This document shows positions 49,820 to 61,577 of a DNA stretch of 64,000 nucleotides, in pieces; the first letter of the stretch is position 1, and every line of letters begins with the position of its first letter. The stretch is from Hemiscyllium ocellatum (Eukaryota). The stretch is from assembly GCF_020745735.1 (NCBI RefSeq), contig NC_083435.1:39581090-39645089 (forward strand), read 5' to 3'. The notes below the pieces were generated by a model. That model ran no database searches. It saw nothing but the letters and a program-made list of their open reading frames with translations, and had not been told where the DNA came from. A program made the position numbers and the translations under genes.

Positions 49820-50480
49820 CTGCATGGATTTGAGTGCAGATTGTGGGGTTAATATTGACCAGAAGTTGAGCTGGATCAGTCATGTTAACACAGTGGCTGC
49901 AAGGGGCTAGGAATCCTGAGTGAGTAACTCACTTCCTGACTCCATAAATCCTGTCCACCATCTATAAGACACAGATCAGGAGTATGATGAAATATTCTCC
50001 ACTTGCCTGGAAGTATACAGCACTAGCAATACTCAGAAAGCTCAACAGCACCACCAGCGCAACAAAGCCCACTTGACTGCCACTCCGTCCATCACTTGCA
50101 ATGTTCATTCCCTCCAAACTGTCAGACAGTGGTAGTACTCCTGAAGATGCACTGCAGCAACTCATTAAGATTCCATCCACATCACCAACCATACCCATGA
50201 TCCCACCTCTTGGAAGGTTAGGACAAAAGGTGTATTAACAGCAAAACCTGTAAGTTCCACCACCGCCACTGCCATCCCCCTCCCACCCACCCACCACCAA
50301 GCTTCACTCCACCGTGGCTTGGAACTCTACTTTGATTCCTTCACTGTCACTATTCAAACTTCTGGAACTCCCTTCCAGACAGCACTATGTGTGTCCTGAC
50401 ATCCCAATGGCTACAATGGTTCAAGCAGGCAGCTCATCACCACCTTCTCAAAGGCTGTTAAAAAAGGGTAGTAAATTCTG
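49820..50480 (+). mobile_element. Old L2/CR1-group LINE 3' fragment
   Basis: GVNIDQKLSWISHVNTVAAR; IYKTQIRSMMKYSPLAW. Confidence 0.65.
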
Positions 50481-50921
50481 GCTTAACCTGTCACGCAGTC
50501 TTCCTGTGAAGGTTTAGGTAAAGAAACCTGTTCACCGAGGGTGGAAAGGGTAATGGAGGACGTCACGATTCCTCTTCCTGTTTTACATAAGGATTATACC
50601 GTACTGTATCACAGAGGGTAGAGGATTTAGCAGATACAAAAAGGATTGATACTATAGATAGATCCTGACAACCCAAGGAATAACCTAAATCAGACAGTAC
50701 AGAGAAAGTTGGGCAGTGAAACCATTATCTGGAAGTAGATTAGGTCAGGAGAACCTTGACACATCATCAGGTTTGAAACTGGTCAGTGGTGTGGAGCCTT
50801 CCATCAGAACCAACCTTTCTGGAGGTTTGGCTGTGGGTGATCGGTCAGGGTGAGGCTGGGAAGAAGTGTGAGTGGAGAGCTTCAGTCATTCACCGAGGGT
50901 CATGAACCACTGACTCATTCC

Positions 50922-51045
50922 GACAGTGGAGGAGCCAGTGTTGGACTGGGGTGGACAAAGTTCAAAATCACTCTGCAGAAACTTGATGTCTTTGTCACTT
51001 CCAAATAAACCTGTTGGACTATAACCTGGTGTTGTGTGTTTTTTA
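50922..51045. mobile_element. Short Penelope-derived insertion in the ZNF-5 leader
   Basis: cttccaaataaacctgttggactataacctggtgttgtgtg matches 34999-35040; TSD actcattcc at 50913-50921 and 51046-51054. Confidence 0.8.
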
Positions 51046-51153
51046 ACTCATTCCTATAGGTGAGAGGTGTGCGAGGTGACTGATACAGACTCCCAGGATC
51101 TAATATCATTCAGGATGCTTCTGTTACACAACTGTTGACGTAAAGACAGCAAT

Positions 51154-52257
51154 ATGGAAGAAAAGCCCTTTAAGAGTGAGATATGTGACCGAGCCTTCAT
51201 GCAGGCATCAGTACTCGGGGAACACCAATGGATTCACACTGGGAAGGAGCCGTTCGAATGTGAGGTGTGTAAGCAGAACTTTACAAAGTTATCAGGCCTG
51301 GTGAATCATCGCTGTGTTCACACTGAGGAAAAACCATTCACGTGTGAGACTTGTGACAAATCGTTCTCACAGTCATCAAAGCTCCTAATGCATCAACATA
51401 TTCACACAGGGGAGAAACCCTTCACATGTGAGGTGTGTACCAAATCATTCTCTGATTCTTCGACCCTCTGCAAACACCAACGCATTCACACACAGGAAAA
51501 ACCATTCACGTGTGACACATGTGACAAATCGTTCTCACACTCAGAAAACCTCCGTAGACATCAACGCATTCACACAGGAGAGAAACCATTCAATTGTGAG
51601 GTTTGTAACAAATCATTCTCACAGTCAGTGAACCTCCGTGCACACCAACGTATTCACACAAGGGAAAGACCATTCAAATGCGAGATGTGTGACAAATCAT
51701 TTTCATCATCATCGAACCTCCGCACGCACCGACGCATTCACACGCGGGAGAAACCATTTACTTGTAAAGTGTGTGACAAGTCATTCTCGGATTCATCCGC
51801 CCTTCGTAGACACCAACATCTTCACACCGGAGAGAAACCATTTGTGTGTGAGGTCTGTGAGAAATCGTTTGCAGACTCATCGAGACTTCTGCTCCATCAG
51901 AGGATTCACACAGGGGAGAAACCATTCATATGTGAGGTGTGTAACAAAGCATTTTCAGTGTCATCGGCCCTCCACAAGCACCAGGGCATTCACGCGGATG
52001 TGAAGCCATTCACATGTGAGGTGTGTGACAAATCATTCTCACAGTCAGAGAACCTCCGCACGCACCAACGTATTCACACAGGGGAGAAACTGTTCATGTG
52101 TGAGGTGTGCAACAAGTCATTCTCACGGTCGTATAACCTTCGCAGACACCAATATGTTCACACGGGAGAGAAACCATTCACATGCAATGTGTGCAACAAA
52201 TCATTCTCGAGGTCTTGGGACTTCCTTGTCCATCAGAGGATCCACACAAGGCAATAA
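51154..52257 (+). CDS. C2H2 zinc-finger protein ZNF-5 (12 intact fingers + 1 degenerate first finger, 367 aa)
   Basis: MEEKPFKSEIC... tandem fingers. Confidence 0.93.
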   Translation: MEEKPFKSEICDRAFMQASVLGEHQWIHTGKEPFECEVCKQNFTKLSGLVNHRCVHTEEKPFTCETCDKSFSQSSKLLMHQHIHTGEKPFTCEVCTKSFSDSSTLCKHQRIHTQEKPFTCDTCDKSFSHSENLRRHQRIHTGEKPFNCEVCNKSFSQSVNLRAHQRIHTRERPFKCEMCDKSFSSSSNLRTHRRIHTREKPFTCKVCDKSFSDSSALRRHQHLHTGEKPFVCEVCEKSFADSSRLLLHQRIHTGEKPFICEVCNKAFSVSSALHKHQGIHADVKPFTCEVCDKSFSQSENLRTHQRIHTGEKLFMCEVCNKSFSRSYNLRRHQYVHTGEKPFTCNVCNKSFSRSWDFLVHQRIHTRQ

Positions 52258-53239
52258 TTGTTAAAGTCTGAGATTTGTGATGAGCTACTCAGGACACCAC
52301 AGGATTTAAGAGGGAGAAAGTCTTCAGGTACAATATTTGTGACAAGTCTTTTGAACAGTCAGCATATCTCCTGATCCATTAACATTCTCACAAGAAGGAA
52401 ATTGTACCAAGATGAGTTCTGTAATAAAGCCTTCACACAGTCTCGGACCTCCTGGAACATTAATGATTCCATACAGGCCCACTTGTACCAATCTGCCCTC
52501 AGACTTAAACCTGCATCCAGTCTCACTGTGCAGGGTGTTCAGTGGGACTGGGACACAGAACAAGAAGCAGCTTTCACTCCCATCAAACAACTAGTGATGA
52601 CATCACCAGTGCTGAGGGATGATGATGTAACAATGGAGTCACCCTGCAGTGTGATGTCAGTGAAACAGGACTTGGAGTAACCCCCAGGCAGTGAGGACAA
52701 CCCGCTGTGTTTGTATCCAGAGGGTTTACACAAACTGAACAACACTGTGCACAGATAGAGTGTAAGTGTAAGATTATTGTGCTCTGGTTATTGTGTCCTG
52801 TAAAGAATATAACTTCATGTACAGAGATATCACTGGGAAGTGAAGTACAAGCTAGGGAAGTAGGTGTACATCACTGACATGCTGTCAAGCACTGCACTCT
52901 CTCTGAAGGAAGTTGATGCTGGTACGCAGTGTGAAATATTCCAGGTTCAACAAGAAGCAACAGCATGACATGTCATACCCTGGAAACCATCAAACCAACA
53001 GAGACATTGATTCTGACAGATAGGTGTCTTGTTCAGATCAACCAAATTTCACTGAGATGCATTTCTTCAGGTGTTCTAATAAGTTGTGTTGAACGGATGG
53101 TCTGAAACCATCAAGAACGCATGTTGTTGTAAGAGAAGTATTGGACAGAGGTGAGATCATCACCCAAGATGGCATCTTGTAAAAAGGGAGCAAGATCATT
53201 CACCTAAATAGAAGAGTAAAGAGATGCTGAAACATCCTA

Positions 53240-54457
53240 CACAATAAACAATAAGTGCAGGAGTAGGCCATTCAGCCCTTCGAGCCTGCACCGCCATTCA
53301 ATATGATCATGGCTGATCATTCCTAATCAGTATGTGCTTCCTGCCTTATCTCCATAACCCTTGATTCCACTATCCTTGAGAGCTCTATTCAACTCTTTCT
53401 TAAATGAATCCAGAGACTGAGCCTCCACTGCCCTCTGGGGCAGAGCATTCCACACACCCACCACTCTCTGGGTGAAGAAGTTTCTCCTCATCTCTGTCCT
53501 AAATGGTCTCCCCCTTATCTTTAAGTTGTGTCCTCTGGTTCGGCACTCACCCATCAGCGGAAACATGTTTCCTGCTGCCAGAGTGTCCAATCCTTTAATA
53601 ATCTTATATGTCTCAATCATATCCCCTCTCAGTCTTCTAAATTCAAGGGTATACAAGCCCAGTTGCTTCAGTCTTTCAATGTAAGGTAGTCCCACCATTC
53701 CAGGAATTGACCTCGTGAACCTATGCTGCACTCCCTCAATAGCCAGAATGTCTTTCCTCAAATTTGGAGACCAGAACTGCACACAGTACTCCAGGTGTGG
53801 TCTCACCAGGGCCCTATACAGCTGCAGAAGCACCCCTTTGCTTCTATACTCAATCCCTCTTGTTATGAAGGCCAGCATGCTATTAGCCTTCTTCACTACC
53901 TGCTGTACCTGCATGCTTGCCTTCATTGACTGGTGTAAAAAGTGAGGTCTGCAGATGCTGGAGATCAGAGCTGAAAATGTGTTGCTGGTTAAAGCACAGC
54001 AGGTCAGGCAGCATCCAAGGAACAGGAAATTCGACGTTTCGGGCCAGAGCCCTTCATCAGAGCTCTTCATTGACTGGTGTACAAGAACATCCAGATCTCT
54101 CTGTACTGCCCCTTTACCTAAATTAATTCCATTGCCTTCCTGTTCTTGCCACCAAAGTGGATGACCATACATTTATCCACATTAAACTGCACCTGCCATG
54201 CATCTGCCCACTCACCTAACTTGTCCAGGTCACCCTGTAATCTCCTAACATCCTCATCACATTTCACCCTGCCACCCAGCTTTGTATCATCAGCAAATTT
54301 GCTAATGTTATTGCTGATACCATCTTCTATATCATTAACATATATTGTAAAAAGCTGCGGTCCCAGCACGGATCCCTGTGGTACCCCACTGGTCACTGCC
54401 TGCCATTCCGAAATGGAGCCGTTTATCACTACCCTTTGTTTCCTATCAGCCAACCAA
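53240..54457 (-). mobile_element. Young CR1 LINE 3' half nested in the Gypsy relic
   Basis: GVPQGSVLGP, KFADD, RPHLEYCVQFWSP, RRNFFTQRVV. Confidence 0.92.
53938..54064 (-). mobile_element. Short Penelope-derived insertion ending at the hammerhead core, nested in CR1
   Basis: Nearly identical to 9042-9167; 17-bp TSD cttcattgactggtgta at 53921-53937 and 54065-54081. Confidence 0.9.
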
Positions 54458-55743
54458 TCAAGGAATTGAATCTGTTCTGAGATAAGAGTAGTGCTCTACT
54501 GGCCAAACGTGAGAAATAAGATGAAGGACACATCAGCCAGTGCAGTGTGTGTAATAAACATCCAAGTAAATAAGATAAAGAGCTGCTCATGACTTGTGAC
54601 TTACCAGAGAGTCCGTAGATGAAACTTGGAGTCGAGCTGTTCACTCTCATGGGACTGATTCTCTCGTCACAGTTGACTCCTATTTGTCAGCGGGGAGTTC
54701 GAGTAGAGATGTCACTGACTCTCAGTGAGATCAGAGAATGTCTGAAAGCACACTTCAGTCATCATGACATCCCTGACATTGTGTTCAGGGAAATTGACCT
54801 CAATTCATGAGTGAAGAATGCAAACGCTCTCTGAATGTTTGAGAAATTCAGCATCACACGTCATCCCCATACAACCCAGTCAAATGGAAGGACTGAGGCA
54901 AAAGTGAAAATTATCAAAGGGATTGTGAATAAATCAGTTATATCCAACAGAAGCCAATCTTAGAGTAGAGAGACACACTCACTGAAGAAATGGCAAGTTG
55001 TCCAGTCCAGCAACTAATGTCACACCCCACCCAAACTATTTTCCCAATAATTGAAAAGCTATTTAGGCTAGAAATAGCGATGTGAGTGCTGGCAGCCAAG
55101 TTAAACAGCAGATAGGTAAATATCAGCTTGATAAAGGTGCCACAAGCATGCAATGCACTCAGTAAAAGTTAGTCCACTTGGCAAACTGAAACGTTAATTG
55201 TGTACAGTATTTGAAGCTGAATGACCAGGTTTAGTGAAACACAGACAGTTCTGTGCACGTGGAGAAGATGCTCCATCAAAGCAGAAGAGGTAGCTCTGTC
55301 TGTACCGGCAGAGCAAGAAAATTAATAACCATCAGTTCTGGAAGTCAGCCGTTTCCAAACAAGAGCAATAGTTTGTCAGCAGCAATCACACAACAATATC
55401 CTTAGAGAGACAGAGTCACCTCCAGAACCAGCAAACATCAGATGAATAACCAACAGAAATTCCTACGCATACCTTAAGGAGACCTGCACACTTTAAAGAT
55501 TATATGTGCAATACTTTGTAGAGCCAGAGACTGTGAACAAACTAGAAAAATATAACTTTTTGCTTATGTGATAATTGTGTTTCAGAAGTGTGTATACAGA
55601 ATAACTTGCATGCAATTTATTTTTCTTGTAAAATGGATGGTTTCTTTTGAAAACTCAATTGTCATCTTGATCTGACTTCTCGTCATCTTCGGGAAATAAA
55701 GATTTTGAGCAAAACCATTTTTCGTGCAAATATAGTTTACTGT

Positions 55744-56082
55744 TGTCCAGTGTGAACCAGCTAATTCTGTGCTCGCTATCCAGTTCAGAACGAGTGAGCC
55801 CTGTCCTCTGTGTCCAGTTCAGACTGGGAGATTCCTGTGCTCTCTGTCCAGTTCAGACTAAGAGATTCCTGTGTTCTCTGTCCAGTTCAGACTGGGATAT
55901 TCCCGTGCTCTCTGTCCAGTTCAGACTGGGAGATTCCTGTGCTCTCTGTCCAGTTCAGACCAGGAGATTCCTGTGTTCCCTGTCCAGTTCAAACTGGAAG
56001 ATTCCTGTGCTCCCCATTCAGTCCAGACTGGGAATTTCCTGTGTTCCCTGTCCAGTTCAGACTGGGAGATTCCTGTGCCTTT
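55744..56082 (+). repeat. 34-bp minisatellite, about 10 units
   Basis: Consensus tgtccagttcagactgggagattcctgtgctctc; units abut with no spacers. Confidence 0.92.
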
Positions 56083-56189
56083 GGAATAGTGTCAAATCTT
56101 AACCAAGTCTTTCTGTGCCTTAGGACTTTAGTGTTGTGAGTAAGTGCAAGTGAAAGGATTTTTAAAAAGTACTGCAGCTGCATTTTTAT

Positions 56190-58620
56190 TTACTCATAGG
56201 AAGTGGGTTGTCCTGCATTTATTACCTGTCTCTAGTTGCCCTTTTGAAGGTAGTGGTGAGGTACATTCTTGAAACTCCACAGTCCACATGCTATGGGTTG
56301 GTCCACGATATGATTTGGGAGTTAATTCCAAGAATTTGACCCAGTAACACTGAAGGAATGGCAATATATTGAGTCAGGATGCTGAGTAGCACGTAAGGGG
56401 ACTTGCAGTCAATGGTGTTCCCATGTATTTGCCGTCCTTGTCATTCAAGGTGGAAGTGTTATGGGTTTGGAAGGTGCTGATTGAGGATCATTGGTGAATT
56501 CCTGCAGTGCATCTTGAAGACAGTACCCACTGCTGCTACTGAGCATTTAGTGTGTTTAGTCCTAATCAAGTAGGCTACTCTGTCCTGGATGGTGTCAAGC
56601 ATCTTAAGTGTTGTTGGAGCTGCACTCATCTAGGCAAGTGTGGAGTATTTCATAGGTGGCACGGTGGCACAGTGGGCGGCACGGTGGCACAGTGGTTAGC
56701 ACTGCTGCCTCACAGCGCCTGAGACCCGGGTTCAATTCCTGACTCAGGCGACTGACTGTGTGAAGTTTGCACGTTCTCCCCGTGTCAGCGTGGGTTTCCT
56801 CTGGGTGCTCCGGTTTCCTCCCACAGTCCGAAGATGTGCGGGTCAGGTGAATTGGCCATGCTAAATTGCCCGTAGTGTTAGGTAAGGGGTAAATGTAGGG
56901 GTATGGGTGGGTTTCGCTTCTGCGGGTCGGTGTGGACTTGTTGGGCCGAAGGGCCTGTTTCCACACTGTAAATCTAATCTAATCCTGACTTGTGCCTTAT
57001 AGATGGTGGACAGGTTTTGAGGAGTCATAAGATGAGTTGTTCACCACTGCATTCCTCACCTCCAACCTGCTGTTGTAGATATTGTGGCTATGTGGTGAGT
57101 CCAGTTGAGTTTCTAGTTAATGGTAACCTCAACGATGCTGATAGTCAGTGGGGAGGTTGGGGGGTGGGGGGGGTGGCGTCTGGGGAGGGAGGGAAATTTG
57201 TTCAGTGACAGTAACACCATTGAATGTTAAGGGTTGTTGGTTAGATTGTCTCTTATTGAAGATGTTCATTGTCTGGCCTTTGTGTGGCGCAAGTGTTACT
57301 TGCCACTTATCAGCACAAGCCTGGATAATGTCCAGATCTTGTTGCATTTGAACATGGACTGCTTCAGGGTCTGAGGAGTCACGAATGGTGCAGAACATTA
57401 TGCAATCATCAGAGAAGATTCCCACTTCTAACCTTATGAGAGAGGGAAGGTCATTGATTAAGCAGCTGAAGATGGTTGGGCCTGAGGAACTCCTGCAGAG
57501 ATGTTCTGGAGCTAAGATGACAACTGCAACCATCTTCCTCTGTGCCAGACAGAGAGTTTGTCCCTGCTTCCCACTGATTCCAGTTTTGTTCGGGCTCCTT
57601 GGAGCCACAATCAGTCAAAAGCAGCCTTGATATCAAGGACTGTCACTGTCACTTCACCTCTGCAGTTCAGCTCTTTTGTCCATGTTTGAACCAAGGCTGT
57701 AATGAGTTGAGGAGCTGAGCAACCCTGGTGGAACCCAAACTGAGTGTCACAGAGCAGGTTATTGCTGAGTAAGTGCTGTTTGATAGCACTGCTGATGACA
57801 CCTTCCATCACTTTACTGATGATCGAGAGTACACAGACGGGGCAGTAATTGGCTGGGTTGGATTTGTCTTACTTTTTTGTAAATTTCACGAACCTGGGAA
57901 ATTGTTTATATTGGGGAGTAGATAACAGTGTTGTAACTATAAAGAAATAGTTTGGTTCTACGTGCAGCAAGTCTTCAGTACTATTGCTGGAATGTTGCTG
58001 GGATTCATAGCCTTTGCAGTACCCTGTATCTCCAACCGTTTCTTGATATCATGTGGAGTGAAATGAATTAGCTGAAGACTGGTATCTGTAATGCTGGGGA
58101 CCACTCGAGGGAGCTGAGATGGATCATCCGCTTGGTACTTCTGATGCAATTGTTTCATTCTTGTCTTTTGCACTAATGTGCTGGGCTCTCCTATCGTTGA
58201 AGTTGGAGATGTAAATAGATTCCCTACAATGTATAAACAGACTATTTGGGCCAACAGGTCCACACCGATCCTCCAAAGAGCATTCCACCCAGACCCATCC
58301 CACTGTAAACCTGCAATTCCAAAGGCTCATGAATCTACCATTCCTCAACATGATAGGAAATTTAGCACCTAACTTACACACCTTTGGACTGTGGGAGGAA
58401 ACTGGAGCCCCGGAGGAAACCCACCTCCAGTGGGTTGTTTGAATGTCCACCTCCATTCATGACTGGATGTGACAGGACTGCAGAGCTTAGATCTGCTCTA
58501 TTGATTGTTGGATCGCTTAGCTGTGTCTGTCACAGATGACATTTGGCATGCAAATTGTCCTGCTTTGTAGCTTTATCACGTTGACACATCGTTTTTAGGT
58601 ATGCCCTGGTGCTGGTACTA
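56190..58620 (-). mobile_element. Old L2/CR1-group LINE with nested SINEs; probably continues at 59360-59880 and 60920-61430
   Basis: QFGFHQGCSA..LDIKAAFD, FSDDC, DLDIIQACADKWQV. Confidence 0.78.
56655..56985 (+). mobile_element. Young HE1-type SINE with duplicated 5' end
   Basis: ggtggcacggtggcacagtg repeated before the standard head. Confidence 0.9.
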
Positions 58621-58639
58621 GGAGAATTCCTATTGGATA

Positions 58640-59145
58640 GATGTTGTGAAACTTGAAAGGGTTCAGAGAAGATTTACAAGGATGTTGCTAGGGTTGGAGG
58701 ATTTGAGCTACAGGGAGAGATTGAATAGGCTAGGGCTGTTTTCCCTGGAGTGTCAGAGGCTGAGGAGTGACCTTATAGCAGTTTATAAAATCATGAGGGG
58801 CATGGATAGGATAAATAGACAAAATCCTTTCCCTGGGGTTGGGGAGTCCAGGACTATAGGGCATAGATTTAGGGTGAGAGGGGAAAGATATAAAAGAGAC
58901 TTAAGGGGCAACTTTTTCACGCAGAGGGTGATACTTTAGAATGAGCTGCCAGAGGATGTGGTGGAGGCTGGTACAATTGTGACATTTAACAGGCACCTGG
59001 ATGTGTATATGAATAGGAATGGTTTGGAGGGATATGGGCCAGGTGCTGGCAGGTGGGACTAGATTGGGTTGGGATATCTGGTCGGTATGGACGAGTTGGA
59101 CCGAAGGGTCTGTTTCCATGCTGTACCTCTCTATGACTCTGTGAC
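58640..59145 (+). mobile_element. CR1 LINE 3' fragment
   Basis: KLERVQRRFTRML..LGLFSLE..RGNFFTQRV; ctctatgactct tail. Confidence 0.9.
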
Positions 59146-59148
59146 TCT

Positions 59149-59358
59149 TAAGTGAGGACAGAAGGTGCTGGAGAGTCAGACTCGAAAAGGGTGGCACTGG
59201 AAAAACACAGCAGGTCAGGCAGCATCCGAAGAGCAGGAGAGTTGATGTTTTTGGCATAAGCCCCCATTCCTGGTGAAGGATGTATACCCAAAACGTTGAC
59301 TCTCCTGCTTCTCGGATGCTGTTGACCTGCTGTGCTTTCCAGCACCACCCTTTTCGAT
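59149..59358. mobile_element. Degenerate palindromic Penelope-derived mini-element
   Basis: Inverted arms cagcaggtcaggcagcatccga / tcggatgctg..gacctgctgtg around attcctggtgaagg. Confidence 0.75.
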
Positions 59359-60319
59359 GCTGCTCCTGGCACACCCCATTGAATTTCTATTGAATGATCC
59401 CCAGGTTTGATGATAACAGTTGAGTAGGGGAGATGCCAGGCCGTGAGGTTGCAGTTTGTATTGGAGTTAATTCTGTTGTGTTGATGGCCCACAGTACCTC
59501 ATGCATGCTCAGTTTTGAGTTGCTAGATCTTTTCAATGTCTGTCCTGTTTAGATGATGATATCAATGTGAAGACGGGGCTTTATCTCCATAAAGACTGTG
59601 CAGTGGTCATTCTTACTGTTACTGTCACAGACAGATGCATGTGCAGCCAGCAGATTGGTAAGGATCAGGTCAAGTATGATTTTCCCCCTGTTGGTTCCCT
59701 CAGTTGATGCCGTGAACCAGTCTAGCAGCTATGTCTTTTAGGACCTGACCAGTTGGATCAGTAGTACTGCTGCCAGATCATTCTTAATGTGGACATTGAA
59801 ATCTCCAGTGTGGAGTACTTTTTGCACCCTTGCCACACTCAGTGCTTCCTCTAAGTGTTGTTCAACATGCAGGAATAGTCATAGAGTCACACAGCATGGA
59901 AACAGGCCCTTCAGCCCAATTCGTCCATGCCCACCCGGTTTTCTAAACTGAACTAGTCTCATTTTCCTGCGTTTGGCCCATATCCCTTAAAAATATTTCT
60001 ACCCATGTACCTGTCTACACTTGTTCTGGCAGCTTATATGCACCATTCTCTGCGTGAACAAGCTGTCCCTCAGATCCCTTTTAAATAACTTTTTCTAACC
60101 TGTACTGCCAGTTGAGTTAACACCGGTCAACTTTGATTTAATATCAATTTTTAACCTTACGTTTTCTATGCTCCCAGGAAACAGCGCCAATGCATTGCAA
60201 AGCTGAAAACTAGTACAGTCTCCCATATTGGAGACAACATGAAGATCATAGACCCGCTATTGTTTCAAACTTCCAAACGGTTGCTTTGTCTCAGACGCTT
60301 TGGCGCAAACAGTCTCTGG

Positions 60320-60918
60320 AGCCATTGTCATTCAGAATAGAACAGATTACTGCATGGAAGTGTACTGACAACTGAACAACCAGAACACTACAGGCAACTA
60401 CCAGCTGATCTAACCAAAGAACATACCCGAGAATTAAACCACTGATCAGAACTTTGGATCCAGTCCTTCAGAGTTCCCTACGCATCCTCATCCCACATAC
60501 TTCTCGTATAGGCGACTTCTATTGCCTTCCAAAGGTACACAAAGCCAACACACCAGGACGTCCCATCGTGTCGGGCAATGGGACCCTATGTGAGAATCTC
60601 TCCGGCTATGGAAGGCATCTTGAAACCTGTTGTACAGGGGATCTCCAGCTTCTGTCGCGACAATACGGATTTCTTACAGAAACTCAGCACCCACGGACCA
60701 GTTGAACCGGGAACATTCCTCGTCACAATGGACGTTTCCGCACTCTACACCAGCTTCCCCCACAATGACGGCATCGCGGCAACAGCCTCAGTACTCAACA
60801 CCAACAACTGCCAATCTCCGAACACCATCCTACAACTCATCCACTTTATCCTCGATCATAACGTCTTCACCTTTGACAACCAATTCTTCATCCAGACACA
60901 CGGAACAGCCATGGGGAC
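60320..60918 (+). mobile_element. Penelope-like RT fragment
   Basis: FYCLPKVHK..PGRPIVS, LVTMDVSALYTS, NVFTFDNQFFIQTHGTAMG; one frameshift. Confidence 0.88.
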
Positions 60919-61577
60919 TGATTCATCAGCTGAGGGAGGACAGTACCTCATAATCAGCAGGAAGTTTCCTTGTGCATGTTTAGTATGAAACCATGAGATT
61001 TCATGAGGTCTGGAGTCATGTTGAGGACTCCCAGGGAAATCCTGACTGTATGTCACCCTGCCATCATCTCTGCTGGGTCTGTCCCGCCAGTGGGACAGGA
61101 GATGGTGGTGGTGATGGTGGGAGGTGTAGAATATTGTCTGTTGGGTATGATTCCATGAGTATGGTTGTCAGGTTGTTGCTTGACCAGTCTGGTGGCTCTT
61201 GCCTCCAAATGTTAGCGATGTGAATTTTGTAGGGTGGACAGGGCTATTTCTGCCATTATCTTTTTCTGTGCATAGGTTGATGCTGGATGGCCTGTCCACT
61301 TTCATTTCTTTTCAGAGGCTTTGTAGCGATTGATACAATTGAGTGGCTTGCAATTGAAAACCAACCACTTTGCTGTGGGTCTGGAGTCACATGTAGGCCA
61401 GACTTGGTGAGGATGGTCATTATGAAGGATATTAGTGAGCCAGATGAGTTATTCCTGGCAATCAGCCATTAGATTCTTAAATGGATTTATTTTAATTCAA
61501 TTCAAATTCCACTGTCTGCTGTGTTGGGATTTGAACCTGAACCCCCAGAACATTACCTGTGCTTCTAGATTAATACT

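Larger units (their letters stand above)
52518..55510 (+). mobile_element. Decayed Gypsy retrotransposon (connection/RNase H to integrase), interrupted by a CR1 LINE
   Basis: WDWDTEQEAAF.., YITDMLS, LNGW.E..K, TQDGIL, VLYWP..CSVCN, LKAHFSHHDIPDIVF, HHTSSPYNP/SNG. Confidence 0.82.

Noticed and set aside
55744-56082. CRISPR-like array of hairpin repeats
   Set aside because: Units abut with no unique spacers, no cas genes, vertebrate context
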